Part shown: positions 63,711-64,000 of the stretch, piece by piece
Layout of the letters: each line of letters begins with the position of its first letter
Position numbering within the stretch: position 1 is the stretch's first letter
Source: an uncultured Methanomicrobiaceae archaeon
GTDB lineage: Archaea; Halobacteriota; Methanomicrobia; Methanomicrobiales; Methanoculleaceae
DNA: 64,000 nt
NCBI GenBank assembly: GCA_963826525.1
Contig: CAWGXH010000004.1
Coordinates: forward strand, 1,472,001 to 1,536,000
Direction of reading: 5' to 3'
Notes under the pieces: model-generated
Databases searched by the model: none
What the model was told of the DNA's origin: nothing
What the model saw: the letters and a program-made list of their open reading frames with translations, nothing else
Translations under genes and position numbers: made by a program

Positions 63711-64000
63711 TACCTCTCCTGCGACGCTGTCGGGAAGGCTCTCCGATCGGGAAAACGGCCTTTCGTTGCATTTCGGCTGTTCCTCCCGGCAACAGATCTC
63801 AACCCTCGCGGCGGCTGGCAGGGAGGTGTTGATCACCCCTCGATTGAGCGTGGAAGTCCATGCACCTGCTGTCATAAGCATACCAGCAAGGTGCGTGCAC
63901 GCGATATAAAGGCAGGGACGTTTTTCAAAAATTGAAGCAGTGGATATATACGTGACGTGCGGGAATAGCACGGCTCCCGGGTGGTTCAGAGAGTGCAGTC

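Overview
This 64-kb window looks like a high-GC methanogenic archaeon of the Methanomicrobiales (Methanoculleus-like). The evidence is archaeal dph5/DUF357, archaeal NusA, class III signal-peptide pilins, a MEMAR_RS02690-like S-layer protein and Cdc6/Orc1. Many genes are split by single-base frameshifts, most likely long-read indel errors. Layout: (1) 0.4-8.3 kb, an AT-rich membrane protein and four tandem archaeal pilin/adhesin genes. (2) 8.5-25.4 kb, mostly housekeeping genes (radical SAM, paired cis-prenyltransferases, polX, DtxR-FeoA/feoB, dph5, hisE, nusA, mscS). (3) 25.4-45 kb, a HTH-FHA regulator / receptor-like Ser/Thr kinase / K+ channel unit, a secreted PQQ-type propeller fused to a blue-copper domain, slyD, ADP-forming acyl-CoA ligase, sod, an S-layer/dockerin pair, an M3 peptidase and an MFS transporter. 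(4) 45.9-64 kb, a truncated cdc6 followed by an island of PAS/GAF histidine kinases. The most unusual feature sits in that island: a 2.5-kb cassette (DUF2080 <- 26-bp palindrome -> hyp, hyp, Zn-finger, ardC) bracketed by ~280-bp structured inverted repeats, with a third partial repeat copy nearby. A 17-bp x ~11.7 tandem expansion lies inside a deleted cheB/cheR remnant. I found no rRNA, tRNA or CRISPR array. All product calls come from motif recognition by eye, not from database searches.
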